A stretch of DNA of 63,638 bases, counting the filler, from Atractiella rhizophila (taxonomy: Eukaryota), in NCBI GenBank assembly GCA_021432655.1. It is 4 parts of 4 records of this genome, joined end to end, with 100 filler letters (N's around TTAATTAATTAA, not from the genome) between each part and the next. Parts side by side here need not be neighbours in the genome. Positions count along the whole stretch, not along the records: positions 1 to 25,464 come from MU271771.1; 3 more parts are not named here. One strand, given 5' to 3'. A model generated the notes under the pieces. The model had not been told where the DNA came from and searched no databases. It saw only the letters and a program-made list of their open reading frames with translations. Below, piece after piece: positions 10,937 through 22,945 of this stretch. Each line of letters opens with the position of its first letter. Position 1 is the stretch's first letter. Made by a program: the position numbers and the translations under genes.

Positions 10937-12974
10937 GCGTTCGCAGCGAAGGTGGGAAGATGTGCGCGCGAGAAAACGGGTATGCCGTCGTCACGAACTG
11001 TAACCAGGATGAATCTCCCAGGGACGGTCGAATAGGATGGGATCATCGACTCACAATAGATAGGTTCCGAGGAAAATCACAAAAGGCAAAGAAGGACCTG
11101 GGAGTAAGAGGATATTGCTCGTTACTGCTCAATAGGTCAAATTCATGTTAAGGCTCCAGACGTAACTTACCTCAAACTCGAAGCAGATCTGAAGGGTACC
11201 GGTAGTGAGCTGCTGTCGAGGTGGAGAAGAGGATGACGGCCCAATGAGCCTCAGTAATTCCTGTAAAGTAGAAGTGAAACAATATCTTGCCCTTGACCTC
11301 GTCGCTGAACTCGTCCACGTCCGTCGTCTGCTCTGCGCTTGGAGAATTTACAACCCAAACACTGGCATCAACTGCTCCTGTTTGGTGCGCTAACTTGAAC
11401 GCTCTCGAACCAGCTTATCTCTCTTAAATCCTTCCCGACCATTCGTTCGTCGTTCTCGACTTACGCCCCTAACAAAGTTCTACTCATCAGGCTCACCATA
11501 GTATTTCTGCAAAAATCACAACCTCCCTCTCCCCATTGCACGACTTAAAACGAAGAGCTTCCCGATGAACTTGAAGAAGGGTGCTGGAGCTGCTTATGTG
11601 GACGAAATAGCAGAAGAGTAGCGGTGAATTCTTTGAGAAAATGCAGGGGTTGATCGGAAGATACCATCGATATGTAACGACATGGACCAATTTGAACGAT
11701 ACCATTTTAGACAATCCTTCTCCGCTGTCAACATGTCACGTTGTCACTGGCCACCGCTTAAGTTTGCGCTTAAAGCGCTCAAATTTGAGGCAAGCTCCCG
11801 TCGCTGCCATCCCCCAGGCTGTCCCCAAGCGGCAAATACCCCATCTTCACCTTTCCTTGCGCCAATATGCTTCACAGCAACTTTCTATCTAAACGATTCA
11901 CTCGATGTATCTTAGGATGAAGATGAAGGCCCGAAAGCATTGGACTTATGACGTTACCTCTGCGGTCAAGGCCCAAGAAAGTATTCCACCTCCTCTCCCT
12001 CGAAGATCAGAGCGCCTACAGATTATGAAGTAGACTCGAAGTTTTCTTCTTCCGCCTCCTCCCCCCTGTGGAATCAGTCTGCCCTCAGTTACCGCATGGC
12101 CTGTCCTTATTATTTACAAATACCCGCCTCTTACGTCGCTCTTCTTGACGCAAGCAAACTTACTCTCCTACTTGTTTCCTTTCCTTCCTGCATATCAGCC
12201 TCCTCTTTAGGCCTCTTCTAGAATATCTCAGCATTCAGCTAGTTTACCTGGTCAACACCTCCATCTTGAGCACCCTCTCTGACTATGAGGCCCTCTACCT
12301 GTGCGGTTCCAGCAAAATCCCGACCTGGTTACCAGTGCTCTCGAAAATGTGAAGGTACCAAAGCGCGTAAACCTTCAGTACCGCATCGTGTCGAACTTCT
12401 ACACTTTATTCACTGGTTTTTGGTGACCACAGTCAAGCACTTGAAGGAGTTGGATGCGGTTGACGCGCTCGAAAGATCATCTGCACTCCGCTGATCTGAA
12501 AAGGTTTTATCGGAAACTCTAGAGGAGGAGTGGAGGTGGCTGATGCGGTGAAGGCAGACGCAATTGGATTGGGATCCCTCTACTACAGGAACTCCACATC
12601 ACAACGGTATCAACGATGTACCTTTCGTATCTCACACTTCACCCGCAGTTCGGTGACGGACTTTTCCGGTGTCCTCCTCTCCCCATGCCTCTTTGACACT
12701 ACCTGAAAGTGATGAAGGAAGGAGCACGTTTCAAACACCATCAACCGGTCAAGATCTACCTGTGCTGGTGAGGAAGGTGGGGGAGTTCAGGTGGATAACC
12801 ACGCTCGCAATCGTGGCTAGTCCCATCAACGCGTTTGGGGTAACCAGAGGCCTCAAGGGAGATATTGTTACACTTCGGACTGACCGATTCGTTTGCAGAT
12901 AAAAGATGAGGTTATCGAACAATGTGGTAACGCTGCTCCTTTCATCTTTTTACAAGTCTTCACCAGTTTCACCC

Positions 12975-14164
12975 ATGTCTCGCTCTTTCATCCTCGCGGC
13001 CTTTTCCCTCATCCCCATTGCCCTTGCCCAGCAATACTGTTCCGGTCTAGGGACGAACCCCAACGCGCAAGGAGCGACGGATTGCACGACCCCTGGAACT
13101 GGACCTAATGGCGCACAGGAGTGGTTAAACCAAGGAATTGACGATGAGAGCGGATGGAACCCTCCGTACCTTGATCTCAACACCGTTATCCACATCAACC
13201 GACCTGAATTTTACGCTGGCATTGGGTGGAGGTGCGAGCAGGTTAGTCTCATATTATTCCAAGAGCTGTTCATGAAGCTTAAGTGTGGTATAGTACAACC
13301 AATACTTCCAGGTGAGCACGCGTCGTTCGTGAGTGAGAGAGTTGATGGTGGCTGCTCACACACAAGTTAGATTGGAGGCGACTCTCATGGTATCGATCCT
13401 ACTATTCTGGCCATCATTGCAATGCAAGAGAGCTCCTGCAACGCGGATGCAGGAGGTCCTACTCCAGGTACTTATCCTCAGTCAACCCTGAATTTTGTTC
13501 TTATGGATACACCCCGACTCCAGGATTGATGCAGGTTTCCTGCGACAACTACCCCAATGGTGTCTGGCAAGCTAGCTCTTCCACAACACGAGAATTGTTT
13601 TTGAAGGTGATTGTACAGCACAGATTCAATCCAGGACAATGTCAACGCTGGAGCCAACTATCTCAGATCGCAACTCGATGCGTCTGGAGGTAATATTGTG
13701 AAAGCACTTGGGAGGTTCGTCCTTATTGTCCTGCAGACCTTAGACAGCGTGTTAACTGATGTTCATAGGTACAACGGATGGGTAAGGCGTATGCACTACG
13801 ACGTCCCACCCCTGCTAATATTGGGAAACTAGTTTACGAGCGAAGACAGCGACTACAACGGGGGAAGGGGACTTACGGCATCATACCCTTGTTCAGGGGA
13901 GGGACAATCTCACGGACTGCCTCAGAACTTGAACTATGTGCATCAGGTATGTTATTACGCCCTGTTAGGTCAGAGGTTCTGGGTATACTAAACGTGGGGT
14001 AGATTTTGAATGGATGGTTCGTTGGAGCCGATCCCTACGGTGATCAGAGCTGGATTGGCGAATACAACTGCCAAGGTGAGGATAGTCTGTGGTGGTTTCC
14101 GGACCGAAAGCTAACACAGTTTGCGATGGTGAAAGGAACTTGCTCCAATGGTAATCAATGCTAA
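12975..14164 (+). CDS. Secreted lysozyme-like glycoside hydrolase family 23 (SLT-domain) protein, many micro-exons
   Basis: Signal peptide MSRSFILAAFSLIPIALA. GPNGAQEWLN...GWNPP, then IDPTILAIIAMQESSCN (catalytic Glu), GLMQV, NVNAGANYL, ALG-YNGW and QNLNYVHQILNGW. Stop TAA 14162-14164. Confidence 0.88.
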
Positions 14165-14442
14165 ATGGAAAGAAGTTTGTTCTGGAAAATGTAACCTATC
14201 GTTATAACAATCATTTCTGCAACTAAGCAAGGGTTAAAGGCTTGATTTTTATGGTACAGCGATTGAATTACAGCGTGAGATGAATGAGATATGTACAGCT
14301 ACACTGACAGGTGGAAGAGCAGCCAAAACACGAAATACAGATGTGATGTGTCAAAATGATGATCATATCGTTCGTGAAAATTGAGGTTGTGGATTTTCCC
14401 ACCATCCTATGAACCTTTTTTGCGTACCGCAACATCGTCAAA

Positions 14443-17110
14443 TCAAAGTTTCGCCCATCCTTTTACATTCTCCTCTCCCTCTATAGTCTCTTTCTCATCC
14501 CACCTCTTAAGGAATCCCTCAAAATAAGTGTTCACTGCATCTCCCCAACCCTCTTCCAGCGCGACGACAGCACCAACGTATCCATCCGGTCTGACAACGA
14601 CCACAGCTCCAACCCTCTCATCGAATCCATACTTCCTATGAACCGTGCCCTCTTTCTCTCCTTCCACTCTACGGTCACCGAAATCGTCGCCATACACCTG
14701 ATCGGCGAAGTATCGGAGAGGGAGAGGGAGGGAGGAGATCTCAAAGTCGTATCGAGGCGTAGAGAGGATGGTGAGGAAGGTGAAGAAAGGGTTGATGTAT
14801 TGACTCTCGTTCTGAGCCATCGTCACCACCTCGAGACTCGACTTCGAACCCTTGAGGCCGTCAACGATGGACGATTGCACGCCGTCCTTGCTTCGATACA
14901 AAGAGAGGAAAGAGTTGAGACTCCTAAGCCACTTCCCAACAGCGTCGACTTTCGAAGGATTGGAGCGGAGGAGATCGCCCAGGAAGAAATGTATCCGAAA
15001 CGCTCCATTCATCTTCACCTCCTGCTGCAACCGGACCTGATTGGCATCGATCGCTCTCGTCACTTTGGCCGGCAACAATCGTTCACCGGGCTTCAATGTG
15101 CATCCACTAGGATTGAATAGTCTGCCCAGCGTCGGTCCAGCGCGTCTCACAACCTCTCCACCGGGAAGAGCATTTAAAGAATTATCCTCGTACACTGCGC
15201 CACAACCAGAAGTGAAGAAGGCGTTCTGCTTGAACAGTTCGATGAACCGTTGCGCGTCCACCTTCGCCTTCCTCTCCGCATGCGACGCCGCCTTGCTCTC
15301 AGGTGCTGGAGCAGCCGTACCCGGAGAGACGGATGGATCGGTCGAGCTGGTGAGGTTGTCGCTGACGGGTGAACGGCCGGAGAAGAGGCGGGAATATTCT
15401 GCGTCGAACTTGAGCAGCTGTTGGGCGACGTGCCGACGCTCGTGTTCGTACAGCTTGAGGAGAGAACGAGAGGCAAGTCCTTTCTCGACACTATCCGACG
15501 GAACAGAGGTTGGTGTTTCGGGAAGTGAGTCAGGAGGGAAAGACTTACAGGTTGATTTTCCAGCAGAGGTCGTACATGTCCAGAAAGCTGACATTCATTC
15601 CTTGCCCAGCCTACGAATCACGCAATGAATCAATGAGCCACACTCCATCGCGGTTACAAGGAAAAAAATAAGAAGGGAGAAACGCAGCGTACCTTTGGAG
15701 AATGGGTATGAGTCGCATCTCCGCCAACGAAGATCCTCTCATCGAGGGTGTACCGACTAGCGATCCTCTGACCGATCTGATAGACGCTAAACCAGTCAAT
15801 GTAGCCGAACTCGATCTTGTAGGGCGAAAAGATCTTCTTCGCCCTCTCCATGATCACTTCCTTGGTGGCCAGGTTCCTATCGTAATGTTTTCCGTCCTCA
15901 GATTGGAGTTGAACGTAGAAACGACAGAGGTTCGCTTCCCGAGGGATCGTCATGATGCTCCCCTCTTTCCTTGAATGGATCAAACTGTGTCCAAAAACAG
16001 TCAACAACTCGCCCATCGGCATCCCGATACATGGTGAAGGGAGAAGGGAGAAGGATATGGGAACCAGGCTCACTTCTTGCACTTCAAGTCAGGAAAGTCG
16101 CTAACAACCGAAGCATCCATGACGCCCCAAACGATATCGGTAGCTTCGCCCTCCATCCTAATCTTTCCTTTCCATTCACCATCTCCCTCTCCACCTCCCG
16201 CGATACATTTCCTCACGGTCGATTTCGCGCCGTCACATCCCAAGACGTATTTCGAGCGGATGGCGTAGGTCGTGCCGGAAGGGATGTGTTTGATGTACGA
16301 GAGACAGGGGTGGGTCGGATGGGAGTCCGTGGATGTGGATTGGATGGCGAAGGAGCGGAAGACGCCGCCTGGGGGTGTGGGGTAGGAGGAAGCGGGGGAG
16401 AGGCGCGCTCGTCGCTGTTTTTTGATCCATTAAGACTAATTTTGCGTGAGGAGGAAAGGAAAGTCGTACACAGTTTATCTCCCTCATGAAAGCTCGCTCG
16501 ATCCTTCCTTGATGCAATAAGAGCGTGTAATTGTCCTCCACGTCCACAAAATCAGGACAACTGGGTGCCCTGCTCGTTCTCGCCAGCTCCTCCTTCTCAG
16601 TCGGGTCCTGCATCCATCCCAACATACACATCAACATCAAAATTTCCTCAAGCACAAGGAGGAAAGTTAGCTAACCCAAAACGAGACCTCGTACACCCTA
16701 ACTCCCTGCGAAATCAGCTCCTTAGCCAACCCGCCTCCCTTCAAAGGAGCTCTTCCACTGGCCACTTCTCCAGGCTCGTCCTCCGGCGCGACGCTTCCGA
16801 TGTTCCTCAGCACCTGCGACACCGACATCGATCAGCCTCTGCCCTCCTATTGTCGTGCATGAACGAATAAGGGGATATAATACCCACCTCAATCGTGCGT
16901 GGTTGGATACCGTCCGCTCGACCGCTTGAGGTCGGTTCGGGACGATCGTCGATGTGCAGCACGGAGAAGTTGTAGGTGGTGAGACAGAGTGAGGCCATAA
17001 GTCCTGCTGGACCGGCACTGTAAAGGGATCGAGTTAGCGATTGTGATGTTGGTATGGAAGAAATGGACGAACCCGACGACGAGGACGTCGACTTTGGATG
17101 GTGGTTGCAT
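14443..17110 (-). CDS. FAD-dependent phenol 2-monooxygenase family enzyme, likely p-hydroxybenzoate 3-hydroxylase (PhhA-like); ends in PTS1-like AKL
   Basis: DVLVVG|AGPAGL (FAD-binding), GRADGIQPRTIEV, LLHQGRIE, YVLGCDGAKS, IMTIPRE, SVYQIGQR, RIFVGGDATHTHSPK, and a C-terminal thioredoxin-like domain VVVRPDGYVG. Confidence 0.92.
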
Positions 17111-17985
17111 CTTGCTTTGTTTTCGAGTTCTGAGTATTCGTTATGAGTTATGAGGTATACAAATGATGATGCTTCTTCTCAGTGCCACTTCAGCACTTTC
17201 GGATGGGGTCAATGGGAATGAAAATGTGTGGATAGAATATTCGCTCCTTTTATCGTCTAACCAGTTGTCGTTTCGGCAAGTCGTTAGCAGCTCTCAAGAA
17301 AGAAAGTGTGCTCGATCGCGTCAACTCCAGTCAGGGTCGGTTGTACGTCTCGCAGGCACGGAAGAAGGTGCCTCGAGTACGGAAGAAGATGTTTGAGCAC
17401 GGGAGAAGATGGTGAGCGAGCGGTAAGACCTTTTGAGCTCGCGGTGGACACATCTCCCAGGCGGCATATCGTTCTCCCCCCCGCATCTTCACCTTTCCAC
17501 ACGCGCGGCGGGAGTGCGGAGTTCGGGATGCCGTTCATCCTCACTTTGGCCGGGAGGTTTGTGGGTTGCTTGCTGGATACCTTGAATCGCGCGCCAATTG
17601 CATGAGAAAGACACATCTGTGGTGCTTGCGAGAGGTATGCCGATGGAAGTTGGTGCAATGTTGATGGAGGAGGGAGGTGGGCACAGAGAAGGCACAGGGA
17701 AGAAAACAATCTGGGGCAGGAACAAACTTAATCTTGTCCGTTACGGGATCCCGGAGTCCGGCACTTGCATCATAATGTTTGATTGAAATACTCGAACGCT
17801 CGTTCGTCCCTCTCCTTGCGAGTCTCGCGCTGCCTTGCCTCCTGCCTTGCTCTGCCTGCCGCCCCGGAGGTTGTGCGGAGTCTCCTACTCACTTTGCGTA
17901 TATATCAGCGTATATATACTCACACGACAACCCCACAAAACCATCGCCATCCACATATCATTTGTAACTTGAAGAGTAAGAAACG
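17111..17985. promoter_or_regulatory. Bidirectional promoter shared by the hydroxylase and CYP53, with CGG-triplet motifs
   Basis: Head-to-head ATGs at 17110 and 17986. CGGAGT at 17517, 17752 and 17876, CGGAGG at 17865, palindrome CGGGATCCCG at 17744-17753, and TATATA runs at 17899-17917. Confidence 0.55.
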
Positions 17986-20560
17986 ATGCTACCACTACCC
18001 CTCTATCCCCTCATCTTCGTAGCCCTCTACTGGATCCTCCCCTACCTCCTCGACAAGCATTCTCTCCGTTCCATTCCCGGTCCCTTCTGGGCCAAGTTCT
18101 CAAGCAAGTCTTTCGCTTTCTCTCACTTGGAAATTCATGTTTATCGAAGTACAGATCTCTGGCTCGCTCGTTGGGCGAGGGTTGGGAAGAGGTATGAGGC
18201 AGTTGAGAAGGCACATAGGGAATATGGTGTGTCTTTGCTCTTTGCACTGCTTATTCTCAGCCTGTTCTCTCTGCCTTTCCAAATCCCACCTTTCGTGGAG
18301 AGGTATTGCTTGATTGAGAATACTCTTTTCCATATCAAGGATGGAAGTCTCACGAAGAGCTTCAGAGAAGAAAAATGAATGTCTCCTTTCTAAAATTCTC
18401 AGTTTCAGAGAACACAACACAACTCAATAGAACGAGTTCATGAACTTTTTGCCTCCTTTTTCTCTGACACCGATGACATTGATACTGATGCCTTACTTAT
18501 TGAAAGGAACCTACGTCCGCATAGCGCCTAACAACTGCTCGTCAGTCCTCTCCTCCCACTCTCTGCTACTGTGAACAACTCAACTGACGTATGGAACGTC
18601 CCAAACAGGATCGCAGACCCCGACGCCATCCCCATCGTCTACGGCCACGGGACGGGTACGCTCAAATCTGACTTCTACGACGCCTTCGTGTCCATCCAGC
18701 GCGGGCTCTTCAACACAAGGAGTAGGGACGACCATAGTAGGAAAAGGAAGATTGTCAGTGGCGTGTTTGCGCAGAGGAACGTATTGGAGTTTGAACCATA
18801 CATTCGTGATGTGCGTTCCCTATATTTCTCTCTTTCCCGTTCGGACTGCTGATGACTCTGTCTCGTTTGTGCGTTTGGTTTTTGATTTTCTTCCGGGAAC
18901 AGGTCGTGCGACAGCTGTTGAACAAGTGGGACGGGTTGATTGCGAAAGAGGGAGAGGCAAAGAAGGGATGGGCAGAGTTCGATTGCTTGCCTTGGTACAA
19001 CTATCTCGCTTTTGACAGTTCGTCCTCTCCCCCTTCTACCTCTTACTCTTCACATGGCTCTGACGACGGTTGGTCGGTGAAACAGTCATTGGAGACTTGG
19101 CTTTCGGATCCGTACGGTTTCCCTCTTCACCTCAAGGTAACACTAACATTGAGCGTGCTGAAAGCTATTCGGGATGGTTGAAAGGGAAGCGGAGTGAGTG
19201 CTCTCTCCATGAGCCCCAGGTAATCCATAAACTGAAGTATCTGCGAACAGTTACGCACACATCGAAAACGAAGACGGCTCCACGACCTCCCTCCCCGCCG
19301 TCAAGATCCTCAACGAGCGCGGCGAATTCTCCGCGACCCAAGGCGTCCTCCCACCCTTCATCCGACCGTACACCAAATACATCGATCCCTGGTTCAACCG
19401 CGGCCAGAAGTCGGTCTCCAACCTGGCCGGCATCGCTCGTTCTCGCGTCAACAAGAGGTTGGCGGAGGGAGGGGGGGATAGGAAGGACCTCCTGAGTTTG
19501 TTGCAGAACGCGAAGGATGGAGAGGGAAACCCGATGGCGAAGGGAGAGCTGACTGCTGAGGCGCTCACTCAACTTATTGCTGGTTCCGGTTCGTCTTGCC
19601 CTCTGTCCATTTGTTCGTTCGTTTATTGATGTTTTTTTTGTGGGTGTTGGATAGATACGACCTCGAATTCGAGCTGTGCCATCACCTATTATCTCGCTTC
19701 TAATCCAAGGGTGCAGGAGAAGCTGCAGAAGGAGTTGGATGAGGCGTTCAAGGGGAAGGGAGTGAGAGAAGTGGTGGAATATGAAGATTGCAAAGACCTT
19801 CCCTACCTCGGTTCGTCTTTCCTCTCCCCTTCCCTCTTCGCATTTGCTCATCTGTACCATTTCACTGTATAGCTGCCTGCATCAACGAAGCCTTACGCCG
19901 GTAATCCTGCCTCTTTCTGCCTTCGCGTGAACTAACATGTAATGCAACAAAGCCACTCAACGAGCGCAATCGGCCTCCCGCGCCTCATGACCGAAACAAC
20001 GACATTCAAAGGCCACGTCTTCCCACCGGGCACCGTCCTGAGCGTCCCAAGCTACACCATCCACCACCTCGACTCGGTTTGGGGCGACCCGTGGAACTAT
20101 AGGCCGGAAAGGTGGATCGAGAATGGGAAGGAGCTCGAACAGAGTTTCGTGCCGTTTGGATATGGACCGAGGAGCTGCGTACGTCTCTTCCCTCAGTTGT
20201 CGGACTATGGGAAAGGTGGAATGCTGATGTCTTGCGCGGGATGCAGGTGGGAAGGAATCTTGCGACTCTGGAATTGACTGTTTTCATGGCTACCCTCTTT
20301 TACAGATATGAATGTCAGTCCGCTCCCTAATCCTCCCCTTCTCTACCTCTACCCTTTTAAAACACCTCTCTGACATTGCTTCGTGGATGTGCTGGTGCAG
20401 TCAAATTGAAGGACCCAAACATGGGAGAATTGCAGACGTCTGAAGGCTTCTTGAGGAAGGTGAGCCTCTCCCCTTACTTTCTGTGACACAGATGCTTACG
20501 TTGCACTCTGTAAAGCCGTTGGAGTTGGAGATTGGAATCAGGAGGAGGAATGTTGAATGA
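17986..20560 (+). CDS. CYP53: Cytochrome P450, CYP53 family benzoate 4-monooxygenase
   Basis: IPGP, VRIAPN, IADPDAIPIVYGHGTGTLKSDFYDAFVSIQRGLFNTR, WYNYLAFD, LNERGEFSATQG, AEALTQLIAGSDTTSN (I-helix), EALR, GLPR, RPERW, FGYGPRSC|VGRNLA (heme), EGFLRKP. These motifs are diagnostic of CYP53. Confidence 0.93.
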
Positions 20561-20925
20561 AGTTGACGAGATGGACTGGGAATGAACAGTAACAATGGGT
20601 CTAGTTTGTGATGTCTCCTTTGTGCCGTTGTATATCTGCCGAAAATGTATCAATGCTAACGACGTCTCGCTTCAATATTGCCCATGCGCGAAAGGGACTC
20701 AGCGCTGCTGAGCCATATTCACTGCGAGACCTTGATTCTCACTTAGTTTCGCTCTTGAACGGGTCATAAAATATAGTCGAAAGGTATGTGTATTCACTCG
20801 GAAGATACTAAAATCAAACAGACGGTAATACACTACTGAATCGCAAAGAGCCAGATAATATCATCAGAGAAAGAAAGAGGACATGGACTCATGAAGCCAT
20901 GGATGAGAGTGCGGCGAAGATTGAC

Positions 20926-21516
20926 TTAGGCACCGAAGCCATAGAGCGTTCTTCCTTGCCTCTTCAACGCGTAAACGACGTCGAGGGACGTGACCGTCTT
21001 GCGTTTCGCGTGTTCGGTATAGGTGACGGAATCACGAATGACATCTGCTCACCAAACCAAATCAACACCATAGCCCTATAAGTGATGGAAGAAGGAAGGA
21101 CGCACTCTCCAAGAAGATCTTCAGAACCGACCTCGTCTCCTCGTAGATCAATCCAGAGATACGCTTCACACCTCCTCGACGGGCGAGACGGCGGATGGCG
21201 GGCTTGGTGATTCCTTTCCAACGTAGAGACGCGTCAGAACGCGATACACGCGACGAAGAAGGGAAGGATAGGGGAGGGGGAAGTAGGTACCTTGGATGTT
21301 GTCGCGCAACTGTTTACGTGACAACACGTCAATATTGGGAAATGACAATGGGAAGGACACGTACAATCTTCCTGTGCCTCTTCGCTCCTCCCTTTCCGAG
21401 TCCTTTTCCTCCTTTTCCTGTTTGAAAACAAAGAAACCGTCAGACGATATTATGATACGACAAACGACAAAACAAAGGGAAAGGGGGTTAACGGGTGACG
21501 AACCTCTTCCAGACAT
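20926..21516 (-). CDS. H4: Histone H4, 4 introns
   Basis: Spliced [103 protein letters not shown]. Confidence 0.98.
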
Positions 21517-21647
21517 GTTTACTTATCAAGTAGTATTAGTTGACGTAGGTGGTAAGGTGGGGCTGGGTGGCGGACTAAAAGTTGGCTTTACAACTAAGCA
21601 ATCAATCGATCTTCGTCGAAGGAAAAGATTCGCTCTGGAGGGGCGGA

Positions 21648-21868
21648 AGGGTTTATATAGGGTTGGGGAAGTGAGTCAGGGATGGCAGCCTTACCGCTTG
21701 TGCGTTTAGGGCTTCTAATTGAGGGACGTTTGTGCATATGAGGACGTTAGGGTCATTAGGAAACGCCGATGGGAAAGTAGGGTTGCGCAGAAAGTCGCAT
21801 CGTACGACCGTTGACGCACATGACTCACTTATGACTTGTGAACGTGCTTGTTGATTGGGTTGATTGGA
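21648..21868 (-). promoter_or_regulatory. Histone H4 promoter: TATA box, three AACCCT boxes and two CCAAT boxes
   Basis: Minus strand: TATATAAA at 21652-21659; AACCCT at 21648-21653, 21659-21664 and 21779-21784; two CCAAT motifs at about 21855-21868. Confidence 0.55.
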
Positions 21869-22945
21869 TGCGTTACTATTGATCTCCTACTTTCCTATTT
21901 GTGCAAGCTGAGGATGGCAAACTTTGCTTTGTACTATAGAGCGATGTGTGGGTTGTTGCACTTTGTAGTCGAAATAGGGGATGAAAGAAATGAATAACTA
22001 AATATTGTTTTGTTCGACTACAAAGCGCAAGACCCCACTGAAAAAGGGCAGAAGCGCTCACCCTAACCAACGAGGATTTGGATAGTACGCTCTATAGACT
22101 TGGAGGAAGCAAGGGGACGGGTGGGTGGGACTTAAAAAGAGAACGCGTATGAAGACTGCTTGCGAGTGAGGGGCAGCAGTCCTGAGTGTGAGGCGATGGT
22201 CGACTTTGCTTGCAAGCAAAGTAAGCGCCTCACGTGCACAAACGCAACTTTCGCTTCTTCGTGCCTCATTTACGAAACTTCACTACTTTTCATTTTGCCA
22301 AAGCTCGCAAACCTCTCAATTAACTTGAGCAGAGACAGTCCGAGCGGGAGAAGACCCCGTGTCATGGAGTGACAGAAGAACGGACCTGGATGTTGTGTGT
22401 GTAGTCTTTTCTAACCTCAAAGGAGCATATACGTAGATAGCGCTGAGTGGTACCGTACCAGAGTTTCGAGGAAAAGGGGACTGGCAATATCATGCGACCG
22501 CCGTGGAGCTGCTTGGAATGAGGTCATCATTCCAGATGCCGTCCTCTTCTCGACAAAAGCTCACCTTGTGGCTTACAGATGCAAGTAGGGATATTCGGCG
22601 TAACATAATTTATAATTTTATTATATCTGTTGTTTGCTATCTGTGATCCCGGGAAATGTCACCTTCTGTAAATTTAACGCTTTCAGATGTACTGATCAGA
22701 ATCATGTTGGGAAATAGCAGGAACGTGCCAACTACGTTATTTCAGAGACTGCTCCTACTTTGCGCAAGATCGAACATATCAGCGACATAATGTGTCTGTC
22801 TCTCTACTCGAACTTCAAGCTTTTGGGCGAGATTATCGTTCTGGAGTCAATATCGTGATAGCATGATAAATATACACAGCGGTCATTATAATGAGCCCTC
22901 CTCGTAAGCCCAACTCTCGATCCCAAACACAACATCTCATCCGCC

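Noticed and set aside
11160..12500. Possible spliced gene or pseudogene fragments between the 824-aa ORF and GH23
   Set aside because: Some splice-like signals, but the frames contain stops and show no recognisable similarity.
18227..18506. 280-bp second intron of CYP53 as a snoRNA or insertion host
   Set aside because: No convincing C/D or H/ACA boxes, terminal repeats or TSD.
22062..22069. CCCTAACC as a possible telomerase RNA template near the hairpins
   Set aside because: An 8-mer is expected by chance, and I could not identify a pseudoknot or CR4/5 element.
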